Virus record (IMG/VR): IMGVR_UViG_3300010375_000005
Location: 1-44,925 of that record
Source of the DNA: a virus
Reading direction: 5' to 3' (one strand)
Length of the DNA stretch: 44,925 nucleotides
In this document: one piece after another, positions 7,675 to 16,724 of the stretch
How positions within the stretch are numbered: the first letter of the stretch is position 1
Layout of the letters: each line of letters starts with the position of its first letter
The notes under the pieces: generated by a model
What the model was told of the DNA's origin: nothing
Seen by the model: only the letters and a program-made list of their open reading frames with translations
The model's database searches: none
Made by a program: the position numbers and the translations under genes

Positions 7675-8238
7675 TTAGTTTACTTTATAGAACGTGAACG
7701 GATGCTTGTTTACGGTGTCCTTATTCGGCATTACGTATTTTTCATAATGTCCCGAATACCTCAATTCTTTGATAACATATAATGGTACCGTTACTTTATC
7801 AAGTCCAATATATCCATCAATACCCTGCCAATATACCTTAACCATTACCGGGCAATTGAGTAACCTTGTATAGTTTTCCAAAGCAAGCCACGTTAAACGA
7901 TTATTGTTTGGCCGCTGTGGGAATGTATTCACATAGTCGAATGAGTTATATTCATCCGTCGCATTGCCATTTTCATCGCCGGCATTGCAGTTATGCCCAA
8001 TGTCATATCCTGAGCCGGCGTAATCCTTGGTTAAATTTGGCCGGCCTGATGTAGCGTGAAAACCAGTTTCGCGATCAGCTACTTTTTTATGTGGTTTGGC
8101 AATCCAGATGACACTATCCGGTATTAATGTTTTCGGATTCCAATAGCTTGTATAACCGTGATTTGTTATTTTTTGCTGCTGAGCGAATGCAATACCGCAT
8201 AATGAAGCAAGCAAAAGTAACAGGATTAATTTTTTCAT
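7675..8238 (-). CDS. Secreted DNA/RNA non-specific endonuclease (Serratia nuclease/EndoG family)
   Basis: Signal peptide MKKLILLLLLASLCGIAFAQQ. DIGHNCNAGDENGNATDEYNSFDYVNTFPQRPNNNRLTWLALENYTR aligns with Serratia DRGHQAP...SLNYLSNITPQKSDLNQGAWARLEDQER. Confidence 0.8.
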   Translation of the reverse strand: MKKLILLLLLASLCGIAFAQQQKITNHGYTSYWNPKTLIPDSVIWIAKPHKKVADRETGFHATSGRPNLTKDYAGSGYDIGHNCNAGDENGNATDEYNSFDYVNTFPQRPNNNRLTWLALENYTRLLNCPVMVKVYWQGIDGYIGLDKVTVPLYVIKELRYSGHYEKYVMPNKDTVNKHPFTFYKVN

Positions 8239-8918
8239 ATTGTTATGTTTTTAAAGTTTGCCAATGCTTTTAACGCCGTCAAGTCAGACATAAATTTATT
8301 GCCGTCCATGTCAGTATTGTTCCAATTGTAAATGTACTGCCAAAAAGCAGGCACGTGCCCTGTGTCATACCTAACCGGGCAAGTAGACTGCAGCGAACTC
8401 AACCACATTGGATTATTCGGGAACGGATGCGATTTATAATATTCACGCATATACGTATTATAGGTATATATCCCGCAATCACGGCCTGTTTCTGCTTTAA
8501 CATAAGCAAGGAAATCGTTTAACCTGGATAATGCCAATTGCCAGTTATCGGCAACCCATTTGTTTAACTTATCCGATTCAGATTGACTAACCTTACCGCT
8601 TTCGTCATATCCTACTAAATCTTCAACATCGACCCATGGTGGTAAGCATCCTAATGCTGAAAAATTAACTCCGCGCGACAAATAGTTTTTAGCTTGTTCG
8701 ATCCCATCAAATCGCGGATCGTAAAAATGGTACGCACCTCGAATTAACCCCTGCGTTGTTTTTGCCTCTTGCCAGGATTGGTTAAAGAAAGTAGTTTCGG
8801 GTGTGGATATTCCTTGTGTTGCTTTAAAAAAGCAGAACGATATGCCCTGTTTAACAAGTTGCGACAGCTGGTAATGTTCGTTTAAATGACTTCTGTCAAC
8901 TCCGATTATGTTTTCCAT
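8235..8918 (-). CDS. GH25 muramidase endolysin
   Basis: IGVDRSHLNEHYQLSQLVKQGISFCFFKATQG and GAYHFY match GH25 signature regions. Confidence 0.85.
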   Translation of the reverse strand: MENIIGVDRSHLNEHYQLSQLVKQGISFCFFKATQGISTPETTFFNQSWQEAKTTQGLIRGAYHFYDPRFDGIEQAKNYLSRGVNFSALGCLPPWVDVEDLVGYDESGKVSQSESDKLNKWVADNWQLALSRLNDFLAYVKAETGRDCGIYTYNTYMREYYKSHPFPNNPMWLSSLQSTCPVRYDTGHVPAFWQYIYNWNNTDMDGNKFMSDLTALKALANFKNITI

Positions 8919-9353
8919 TTAGTTGGTTGCTAAGGTTACAATTCGCTTTCCATTTTCATAATGGTAATTTTCGCCGGAAAGAACCATTGGCTTAATTTTC
9001 CTTATTTCATTACGGAGTGCCTGAAACTGCTGCCTGTTATACTCCCTATCTATGGCAAGTTGATTTTTAACAGCGATCAAGGCGATACTATCCGCTACGT
9101 GGTGGAGGCTATCCCTTACCGTTCGCCGGTCTTGCTTAACTGAAATTGTGGAAATCCCTTTTAATATTTCCGGCAATTTATCTTTTTTAACCAGGTTGTC
9201 ATCGTATTGCGCCGCTGAAAATGATAGTTTAATAATGAATCCGATAACAGCCCCGGCGGCCGCAACCAATGGCAACCACCTTTTAAATGCCTGAATCTCC
9301 TTAGCCATCTTTGTTATGCTCTCATGTTGAGCATCTAATTGTTCGTCACTCAT
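8919..9353 (-). CDS. Single-pass membrane protein with a coiled-coil tail (holin or spanin candidate)
   Basis: TM segment WLPLVAAAGAVIGFIIKLSF. Lies directly upstream of the endolysin. Confidence 0.45.
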   Translation of the reverse strand: MSDEQLDAQHESITKMAKEIQAFKRWLPLVAAAGAVIGFIIKLSFSAAQYDDNLVKKDKLPEILKGISTISVKQDRRTVRDSLHHVADSIALIAVKNQLAIDREYNRQQFQALRNEIRKIKPMVLSGENYHYENGKRIVTLATN

Positions 9354-9355
9354 AA

Positions 9356-12300
9356 TTATAATTGTGTAATACGTGCCCCCGCATCATAAGTAACACTTCC
9401 GGCCCCTACTGTCAGATTAGTCTTTACAGTAATAACCGTGCCGTTCTTAGCCCTTATTGTTACCGGATTGTAATTACTATCGGAGATTGAATTTAGTGTT
9501 GTGTACGATACCGTTTGCGATGTGTTATTTTCATCGGTATACATTACTTGCACTTGAATAACATCCGTTGATATCGCTGTTACGTTTAAATATGCGGAAA
9601 TATTAAAAGTCGCCGTAGATGCACCTACTGTGAAAGTTGTAATATTCCCTGCCGTGGTTTGCGCTGTCAGATCGTTCGATGCTTGTGTTAAGGCAATTGA
9701 TGTCGGAGCTGAAGATGCTATTAATGAGGCTACCTGTGATGCAGTCAACGCCGCCGGTGATGCACTACTTCCGCTTACGTTGCCAACTACCGTATTATTA
9801 GCCTGCGTTGCTAATTTAGGCAGTGTAACATTTGCCGATGCTATATCAGCCGTAAGCACCTGCGTATATGCCCCCCCTGACGTGCCACCATGCAATACCG
9901 TTGTCGTTGCACCTGCCGTTACTTGTGCAAAAACGCCCGACCCATTCGCATAAATAGGGCCGCCATTGCTTGTGAACGTTGGTATAGTTACGCCTTTTAA
10001 GGTAGTCTGATTTTGTGATAACGAACTATTAGTCACGCCGTACCATTCCGTTCCGTCAGGTGTATAAAATCGAACCGATGACAGGCTATCCATCAACATC
10101 GCTGCACTAAAATTACCTCCGTGTAAGTGCCCGTTAAACTTTATAGATGTGTGGCTATCGCCAATAAGCAAGTTAAGAACTTGCCCGGTTTTACCAGCTG
10201 AAAAATTGGTAATTGTAGTACTAGTTGTATTCGCTGTTTTGTAAACCACGGCCAATGATGATACCACCGGTATTGCCGTCCCTGCTGCAATCGTAACGGG
10301 CGAATCTCCCACAGCATTGACGCCGATTGTTCCGCCAACTTTCATGGCGTATTTTTGCACAATAGGCGACATATTGCCGGTACTGCTGCTGCTTAATCCC
10401 GCGGTTCCAAACTGTGGGGAAATAATCTTTATATTGCCTGAAGTGTCCGCCTTAATGCTGTATGACGGCTTGTTCGATCCGTTTGCCGAATAGCTGAAAT
10501 TGCAATTATCAAGAACTGTAGTTATCGCTGAATTGCTGTAGCTATTGATATAAACATCAGCATAGGTATTGTCGGCAACCGTACTATTGCCATAAATTGT
10601 GCCGTTGATTATGCTTATATTCCTGGCTGCGGATGCTACCGTAGAGCCAGTAGCTATCAGAATACCTTCATGCCCGTTAAAGTTACTATGCGGCGTAAGA
10701 TAATTGCTCGACGTTCCCTCGTCGCCTATGCCAGCCAAGCCGTTGGTAAAGAAATCAGACTCTCTCTCCCGAATACCGACGCCCTTATTATACATCCCAT
10801 ATCCTGTATTGAAAAAACTCCCACACATGTGTATATAGGTATCGACGGCATCGTTTTCAATGCCGTTTCCGCCACAACTGGTGAAGTAATCATGCTCTAA
10901 TTCAACGCCGTCAACATTTGCCTGCAACCATATTCCGTGCAACGGTGCGCCTATCGTTACTACGTTCTCAATCTTAATGCCGGCATTAACGCCGTAGCCG
11001 GAAATTGCTAATGGCCCCGGCGCGGTTGGCGATTTTAATAGAATCCCTGAACCAGTCGATGCGCCTGTTTTAACGATATAAAAGCCTTTTAGGTTAGCGT
11101 TCCACGGTTGGCGCAAAGTGTCGGTTGAAAAATCATACACTATCGCCGCGCTTGTTGTATCCCCCGCAAGTGACACGAGTGCACTTTGGGAAGATTTAGA
11201 GAAAAGCAACACATCATTGATATTTGCTACCGACTGGCCGATCAGCGAAACACCTTGTTTCATCGATATCGCTTCCAATCGGCCGTATGATTGGAGTTTC
11301 AACTGTACAATTCCGATTTTAAGTCGGTTTGCGGATATTATAGCCGCATTTATCGCGGTGGCATCATCGTGTACGCCGTCACCGGTCGCACCGAACCATT
11401 CGGGCAGTACGTAAGTATAATCAATAACCCTATGCCAGTAATACCCTACGTATGTGCTGTTAAATATAATTCCGTTGTCAATTGTTAGCCCTGATGAGGA
11501 AACTAACTTAAACATGCCCTTTCGGAATGCGGTATCAACAAACATCGTTGTTGCCGTACCAGTTGCCGCTTGCAATTGCGCAATCCCTGCAACATGAGGT
11601 ATTGCATCGCCGCTCCCGGAAACTGCGAAATTAGCCGCCTGTGCCTGCGCGTAAAAAGTAACATTATCGTTGCTAACATTCGCGGTTACCGTCGCATGGC
11701 CCGTTACATTGGAATTTAGATAATAATTATCGTCCGACGTGCTATTTATGCCCGCCGCCCATTTTGTCACGCCGCCTGTAGAATAGATAATATTCGCATT
11801 CCCACCACCCAAAGTTGTACGGTTTAAGATTAATTGCGGATTGGCAAAGGAAATGGTTTGATAGTTTGTAAAAATGTTTGCGCCACCTAACGCCGATTTG
11901 CTATTTAACTGTGTCTGTATAGAACTCGTAGGGTCGAAGTAGCTTTTCGTTATCCCGTTAATTGTTACAACTGTCGGATTAGGATAAGTCCCCGTAAGGT
12001 CGCCCCCAGCTGTTCCGGATGGTGGCAAGCCTGTAATGGTTATTAATTTACCACTAATGTCATAACCAACCCCGCCAACGGGTGAACCGGTGTTTATGTT
12101 TGGCAAATAAACCGGCCCTTGATAGATAAGGTCGTGGTTTTTACTTCCTATCGCAAAGATAGTCGCCCCGGAAGTATCCTGCAGTGTCAAGTAATTTGGT
12201 ACTACTGATCCTATGCTGTAATTAATTCTAATTTTATTAACCTTTAATAAACTGTCAAAAGATGCGATACCAGTACTTTCCATCCCGTTATTGATCCTTA

Positions 12301-12709
12301 CCCCAAACACTGAATTATTTGTATGGCCGCCTATTGCCGAGCCGGAATTGCCCAAAATAATACCCGGTATTCTGCAATTATCACAATCTGCATTTACGTT
12401 CGGTACAATGCGAACGCCGTAATCGGCATCAGACGTGCCGGTAATCGTTCCTGAAATAACCGACTGTTTAAAATTGCTGTTTAGCTGGAAAAAACGCAAA
12501 TCAGACTGAACGGCTGAATATAGCAGATACCATTTGTTGCCATTCGCGTAATAAAGGTTATTTACACTATCGGTTGCGCCTGTTCCATATCTAAATGTCG
12601 GTGAAAAACTTGTAGAGCCAGTCGGCACGCCGGGCGTCCAGAAATGTTTTTGCTGTCCTAATGCACTTAGACCCGTGCATAAAAGGATTAAAGCGATAAG
12701 TTTCTTCAT
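9356..12709 (-). CDS. Tail fibre/tailspike-like protein with a pectate-lyase-type beta-helix (putative depolymerase)
   Basis: 1117 aa. WFGATGDGVHDDATAINAAI is a Pectate_lyase_3-type N-cap. The sequence is Gly/Asn/Thr-rich and repetitive. The N-terminus MKKLIALILLCTGLSALGQQ looks like a Sec signal peptide. Confidence 0.7.
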   Translation of the reverse strand: MKKLIALILLCTGLSALGQQKHFWTPGVPTGSTSFSPTFRYGTGATDSVNNLYYANGNKWYLLYSAVQSDLRFFQLNSNFKQSVISGTITGTSDADYGVRIVPNVNADCDNCRIPGIILGNSGSAIGGHTNNSVFGVRINNGMESTGIASFDSLLKVNKIRINYSIGSVVPNYLTLQDTSGATIFAIGSKNHDLIYQGPVYLPNINTGSPVGGVGYDISGKLITITGLPPSGTAGGDLTGTYPNPTVVTINGITKSYFDPTSSIQTQLNSKSALGGANIFTNYQTISFANPQLILNRTTLGGGNANIIYSTGGVTKWAAGINSTSDDNYYLNSNVTGHATVTANVSNDNVTFYAQAQAANFAVSGSGDAIPHVAGIAQLQAATGTATTMFVDTAFRKGMFKLVSSSGLTIDNGIIFNSTYVGYYWHRVIDYTYVLPEWFGATGDGVHDDATAINAAIISANRLKIGIVQLKLQSYGRLEAISMKQGVSLIGQSVANINDVLLFSKSSQSALVSLAGDTTSAAIVYDFSTDTLRQPWNANLKGFYIVKTGASTGSGILLKSPTAPGPLAISGYGVNAGIKIENVVTIGAPLHGIWLQANVDGVELEHDYFTSCGGNGIENDAVDTYIHMCGSFFNTGYGMYNKGVGIRERESDFFTNGLAGIGDEGTSSNYLTPHSNFNGHEGILIATGSTVASAARNISIINGTIYGNSTVADNTYADVYINSYSNSAITTVLDNCNFSYSANGSNKPSYSIKADTSGNIKIISPQFGTAGLSSSSTGNMSPIVQKYAMKVGGTIGVNAVGDSPVTIAAGTAIPVVSSLAVVYKTANTTSTTITNFSAGKTGQVLNLLIGDSHTSIKFNGHLHGGNFSAAMLMDSLSSVRFYTPDGTEWYGVTNSSLSQNQTTLKGVTIPTFTSNGGPIYANGSGVFAQVTAGATTTVLHGGTSGGAYTQVLTADIASANVTLPKLATQANNTVVGNVSGSSASPAALTASQVASLIASSAPTSIALTQASNDLTAQTTAGNITTFTVGASTATFNISAYLNVTAISTDVIQVQVMYTDENNTSQTVSYTTLNSISDSNYNPVTIRAKNGTVITVKTNLTVGAGSVTYDAGARITQL

Positions 12710-12749
12710 GGGCGTAAATATAAATAAAAAAATAAATTATTGCATTTTA

Positions 12750-12780
12750 TTTGTTATTGTGATTATTTGTAGTATATTTA
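12750..12780 (+). promoter_or_regulatory. Cassette promoter family, copy 1 (TTTG-19nt-TATATTTA)
   Basis: The 31 bp at 12749-12779 (ATTTGTTATTGTGATTATTTGTAGTATATTT) are identical to the copies at 16235 and 20497. Confidence 0.7.
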
Positions 12781-12793
12781 CATCAGATAATCA

Positions 12794-12985
12794 ATGAAGG
12801 TTATCGTAAAAAGCTTGACGGCAATGAAAAATAAAATCTTAACACCAGTTAAAATTCACAAGTATAAAGATTATACTATTCGGGTTACAAAAAGCGGCTT
12901 GTATAAAATTCACACAGTTAGTGGCTATCTGTTATTTACAAGAACAACATTAAAAGATGTTAAAGCAAGCATCGATTTGATATAA
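12794..12985 (+). CDS. Hypothetical basic protein (63 aa)
   Basis: First ORF after the promoter copy. Confidence 0.5.
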   Translation: MKVIVKSLTAMKNKILTPVKIHKYKDYTIRVTKSGLYKIHTVSGYLLFTRTTLKDVKASIDLI

Positions 12986-13112
12986 ATATTAACCCGATAA
13001 GCCCGTCAAGCACGGGTTATTCTGCCAATACCGGGAAAAATGCGTAAACCCGTCTACGCAACCTCGCCTAACACGCGGGGTTTTGGTAGTAAAAAACCAC
13101 TATATTTATATC

Positions 13113-13223
13113 ATGAAAACTTTAAAACTTAATCCTATCATGCTGGTGCCAATATTAGTCGCCGCTTTTTTTATCACATGCATAGTTTGGGCTGTAATTC
13201 ACAGGAATGCAATTAACTGGTAA
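13113..13223 (+). CDS. Micro-ORF encoding a 36-aa transmembrane peptide
   Basis: Own translation: MKTLKLNPIMLVPILVAAFFITCIVWAVIHRNAINW*. TAATG-coupled to the next ORF. Confidence 0.35.
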   Translation: MKTLKLNPIMLVPILVAAFFITCIVWAVIHRNAINW

Positions 13224-13402
13224 TGAGTTTCATCCCGTACCAAACGCAAGAAATACTAATGTACTTCGATGCGATCAACTGCATTCATGATGTTCAGGTA
13301 ATTTCTGATTATTTGAATGAAAATGCAGATGATTATTCACCGGGTGAGTTGTTGGCGCTAAAGAAGTTGCTTAAGCTTTACGCTGAATTATTTACGGCTT
13401 AA
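13223..13402 (+). CDS. Hypothetical acidic protein (59 aa)
   Basis: Own translation: MSFIPYQTQEILMYFDAINCIHDVQVISDYLNENADDYSPGELLALKKLLKLYAELFTA*. Confidence 0.4.
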   Translation: MSFIPYQTQEILMYFDAINCIHDVQVISDYLNENADDYSPGELLALKKLLKLYAELFTA

Positions 13403-14012
13403 TTATAAACGTAAACGAGTCGGCAAAATGACCAATGCCGTCATCATCGCCTGTAAGTATTATCGCATCTCCAGTATCTACATTATTGGCCGCGCCCGAA
13501 TAGTTGCTTCCATCTGCATTGCGAAATATAAGTGTAGGATTATTCATAGTTGTTGCCGTTTCAATCGTAAACAGTATACCTGGCAATACACCAATGGTAA
13601 AGGTATCACCTTGATTATACCCACTGCCTGGATTGGTTTGCGTTATCGAATCTGCAACATTGCCAACGGTTACCACTGTAAAATGAGCGCCAACACCTGT
13701 TCCTGTAACATTTACAGCGGGCTCATTTACATAGATAGTATCAGGTGATGAAGTTACACCGGTCCCGGTTGGAGTAAGTATTGTGTAATATATAGTAACG
13801 GGGTTATTGCTTGTACCGCCTATGATTGGCGTTTCTATTTGTTGAGCCCCTGCACCGGGAACAACGGCCAATACAGCGCGCCAATTTGGCAAATCATCGT
13901 CGGCGAAATCCAATGTGCCTTTAGTGGTATCGTAATATAAATTTTCACGAACGGCTATTTTACTTCCAAATATCGCGCTTATTATCCGGCTTATTACACT
14001 TTCGTTTTTCAT
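13392..14012 (-). CDS. Tail fibre/baseplate-associated protein (206 aa)
   Basis: The ATG at 14012 forms an ATGA overlap with the upstream stop (the track start at 14027 is TTG). Thr/Gly-rich and sits in the tail module. Confidence 0.55.
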   Translation of the reverse strand: MKNESVISRIISAIFGSKIAVRENLYYDTTKGTLDFADDDLPNWRAVLAVVPGAGAQQIETPIIGGTSNNPVTIYYTILTPTGTGVTSSPDTIYVNEPAVNVTGTGVGAHFTVVTVGNVADSITQTNPGSGYNQGDTFTIGVLPGILFTIETATTMNNPTLIFRNADGSNYSGAANNVDTGDAIILTGDDDGIGHFADSFTFIIKP

Positions 14013-16114
14013 AATTTGATATAACAAAGCATAATTAAACCATCATTAGCCACACTAATAGCAGTACCGGCACCCAAATTTGCAGTAACGCCCAAAGTTG
14101 GTGCAATTGTTCCCTTAACTATTTCATAATTCAATGCCTGCGTACCGGATGACCTGGCCCTGGCAACGGGGTCATTAATACCAGGTGTATCTCCAGCAGT
14201 TGCGTTTACCTGTGTGGTAAACATATTCAACCCTTCGGCTGGCAGATTTGCCCTGGCTATGGTTAATGAGTTGCCCGGATTGCCAACTTCTAAAGCACCA
14301 GTAATACCGGGTGTTCCGCGTCCTAAATCAGGATCTATAGTTGCCCTGTCCCACGCAACCAAAACCTTACCTTTCGCCTCGTCATAAATTTGGCAGCCCT
14401 CATATAAGCTGCCTACTTGGCCCAAGCCGGTTGCAATATCCCAATCCCTGGTAAAATATCCTGCAACCAATTCCTTGTAATAAGCAATCGTCCCTTGTGG
14501 TAGCGATGATCCAGTTCCGGCCGGTGCTGTTATGGCGGGGCTATCCAACTGGTCATAAACAAATATTAGTCTGATGCTAATCCCATCGGGTAGTGTAACA
14601 TAAACAGATGTTGCTGCATTAAATCCGGTTAACGGCCTGTGGGTTTCAATTAACTCAATCGACAAATCCGCGTTAGGTGTACCTATTTCGCCCTCATAAA
14701 TCTCATTGCCGCCTAAAGTAGTACCGATTTTCAGCGTAAATGTTGCAAGGTCAGGATTAATAGTTTCAAAATAGTCAATCGTGCTATATTGGGTAAACAC
14801 GCCATTTATAACGAATGATGCAGGGAATAAAGGAAACGGCGTTGTTGCCGGCCATGTTTTTCTTACCACTATTAAATCTCCTTTTGGCGTTGTTCCCGCC
14901 GTTAATTGCCCAAATTCAAAGCCCTTTACTATTTGCAGATCACGCTCATAATTATACCCGTTTCGGTTATATGTCGATGTTGGCCGATCTCCTTTAAAAT
15001 CTCCCGCTGCAACATAAAATTCATAATCAATCTTAACCTGGTCGCATTTGGCCCAAATCAAATTTAACTGTTTTATACGCCAATCGGGTAATTGAATTTC
15101 ATAACCTGTTAAATAATGTGTATAAATATCGTAATTAAATCCGTTTAATAAAACAGGATTATAAGGCTGATCTTCAAAAACTTCACGGCTGTCTTTTGGC
15201 TGATAGCCACCTATGAAGTTTCCGGCTATTCGTGTTTGTAATATTAGCTCACTGGGATGGAATAAGATAGATTCCGTATTTTCAGAATTTTGATATTGAA
15301 TTAATTGCGTATCAGGGTGATTCTGCTGTACATCAATAGGGCAACTTATCCAGCTTTGTATATTTGGTACAACCGGATCATCGTCTGCTATATTAATCGG
15401 TGCGATAACAGTTGCAGTATCATCTGTGGTTACTACTGCATTATAGGCTGCACCCGGCTGTGCCGTTCCCGAATAGCTAAATGAATTTGCACCGTTCTGT
15501 ACTTCTGATTTATCATAAATGACTGTAGCAATACCATTTAAGGTCTTGGTAACTGTTAGCCTTATCCTGGGATTTAAAGCACCTGATATAAATGTACTAA
15601 TTGCAGTAAACTGGTAAGACTGACCGGCCAATGCCTGACCCGTGTATGAGCCGTTAATTAACAAGTCAGAAACAACTATAGCATTAATTTCAGTCTGTAG
15701 ATTACCCTGTACAAATGGGCTTGTGAGTTCTGTTAGTTGCGCGTTAATCGTGGCTGGTAAATTAGCATCATAAGATATACGGCCATAACAGCGGCCAATA
15801 GGAAATGCTGAAAAATCAACCATTGCGAGGTATTGCAGGAATGTTTTACCAATGATTGATGACGACGTTGCACCTAATACGGGGGATGTAATATGGACAT
15901 TGCGACACGTTAAAAATTCGAGCGTCATATCCGGGAAGTCGGAAAGCAGGACCAACGCGGGGAAGTTAGTATCTGTTTTTTGGATGGGGACGGCGTAATT
16001 TTGGTCGTCGACTTCGAGATCGGCGGGGAGTGAGTTTAGATTAGGATCGGGTGTGAACGTTTCTAATGTCCATCTGAAACCATTGAGGCCCGATATATAG
16101 AAAACACCGCTCAT
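14009..16114 (-). CDS. Distal tail/baseplate structural protein (701 aa)
   Basis: Large ORF in the tail module downstream of the tape measure; no enzymatic motif. Confidence 0.65.
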   Translation of the reverse strand: MSGVFYISGLNGFRWTLETFTPDPNLNSLPADLEVDDQNYAVPIQKTDTNFPALVLLSDFPDMTLEFLTCRNVHITSPVLGATSSSIIGKTFLQYLAMVDFSAFPIGRCYGRISYDANLPATINAQLTELTSPFVQGNLQTEINAIVVSDLLINGSYTGQALAGQSYQFTAISTFISGALNPRIRLTVTKTLNGIATVIYDKSEVQNGANSFSYSGTAQPGAAYNAVVTTDDTATVIAPINIADDDPVVPNIQSWISCPIDVQQNHPDTQLIQYQNSENTESILFHPSELILQTRIAGNFIGGYQPKDSREVFEDQPYNPVLLNGFNYDIYTHYLTGYEIQLPDWRIKQLNLIWAKCDQVKIDYEFYVAAGDFKGDRPTSTYNRNGYNYERDLQIVKGFEFGQLTAGTTPKGDLIVVRKTWPATTPFPLFPASFVINGVFTQYSTIDYFETINPDLATFTLKIGTTLGGNEIYEGEIGTPNADLSIELIETHRPLTGFNAATSVYVTLPDGISIRLIFVYDQLDSPAITAPAGTGSSLPQGTIAYYKELVAGYFTRDWDIATGLGQVGSLYEGCQIYDEAKGKVLVAWDRATIDPDLGRGTPGITGALEVGNPGNSLTIARANLPAEGLNMFTTQVNATAGDTPGINDPVARARSSGTQALNYEIVKGTIAPTLGVTANLGAGTAISVANDGLIMLCYIKL

Positions 16115-16194
16115 GCTGACAGTTTGTTTAACAGTTCAATAATAGCCTTACAGCATTGACAATTCTCTAAACATGCACCGCATATACATCTCAT
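16111..16194 (-). CDS. Cysteine-rich micro-ORF (27 aa)
   Basis: Own translation: MRCICGACLENCQCCKAIIELLNKLSA*. ATGA-coupled to the 701-aa gene. TACATTTA (-7-like) lies 4 nt upstream of its ATG. Confidence 0.35.
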   Translation of the reverse strand: MRCICGACLENCQCCKAIIELLNKLSA

Positions 16195-16232
16195 GGTGTA
16201 AATGTAATTAAAATAAAAAATAAATCAGAAAT

Positions 16233-16293
16233 AAATTTGTTATTGTGATTATTTGTAGTATATTTGTATTGTCAATCAAGGCAAATTAAAAAA
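16233..16293 (+). promoter_or_regulatory. Cassette promoter plus conserved leader, copy 2 (61 bp identical to 20495-20555)
   Basis: TTTG at 16236-16239, 19-nt spacer, TATATTTG at 16259-16266, then the leader TATTGTCAATCAAGGCAAATTAAAAAA. Confidence 0.8.
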
Positions 16294-16303
16294 ACGTTAG
16301 AAA

Positions 16304-16591
16304 ATGGCAACTTTAAGAAAAACACAGGAAGGTTACAATATGGTAATCATGAATGCTACAGAACGCAAGGCATTCGACAAAATAATGAGTGCTAAATTAT
16401 ATGACGAAAACACTCCATTTTTTACCCCATGTGATAATCTTAAATTCTTTTATATTAAAGAAGTTGAGGTTGATTATATGAATCGGGAAACCACCATCAT
16501 CGCAAATGGTAAAACAGTGTTGGTAAAACACACATTCATGAATTCCAATACTAAAATAGATAAGGCGGTGCGTAAAGCATACGGGAATTAA
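16304..16591 (+). CDS. Hypothetical cassette cargo protein (95 aa)
   Basis: ORF lying exactly between the conserved 5' and 3' blocks. Confidence 0.6.
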   Translation: MATLRKTQEGYNMVIMNATERKAFDKIMSAKLYDENTPFFTPCDNLKFFYIKEVEVDYMNRETTIIANGKTVLVKHTFMNSNTKIDKAVRKAYGN

Positions 16592-16659
16592 AAGCACTCT
16601 GATTTGCCTTGATAACGTTTTCAGCGTATTAGCGCAATTCGAAAGGATTGCGCTTTTTT
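16591..16659 (+). terminator. Conserved 3' trailer block plus intrinsic terminator
   Basis: AAAGCACTCTGATTTGCCTTGATAA (16591-16615) is identical to 21255-21279. Hairpin gcgcaat/attgcgc (16632-16653) is followed by T6. Confidence 0.75.
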
Positions 16660-16724
16660 AAATAAAAAAGGTCTACATTTCTGCAAACCTTTCCTTATCT
16701 TTATTGCGCAAACAATTTAAAGAC

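Noticed and set aside
9630-9953. Antisense ORFs of 60-120 aa inside the large structural genes. Other examples are 24503-24865, 31904-32242, 19346-19594 and 29751-30086.
   Set aside because: They are fully nested in long, motif-bearing ORFs on the other strand and have odd composition. They are typical shadow ORFs.
12986-13112. A GC-richer 127-bp spacer with hairpins (aacccg/cgggtt, gcgta/tacgc, ggtttt/aaaacc), examined as a possible tRNA or structured RNA
   Set aside because: No acceptor or T-arm (GTTCRA) cloverleaf could be drawn. The hairpins are short and partly mutually exclusive, so this was kept only as context in the cassette finding.
16704-16724. Track start codons at 16704 and 20526 (TTG), 5290 (GTG), 39481 and 14027
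   Set aside because: These starts lie inside or upstream of the promoter boxes, or create long overlaps. In-frame ATGs with better context (16725, 20565, 5296, 39538, 14012) were used instead.
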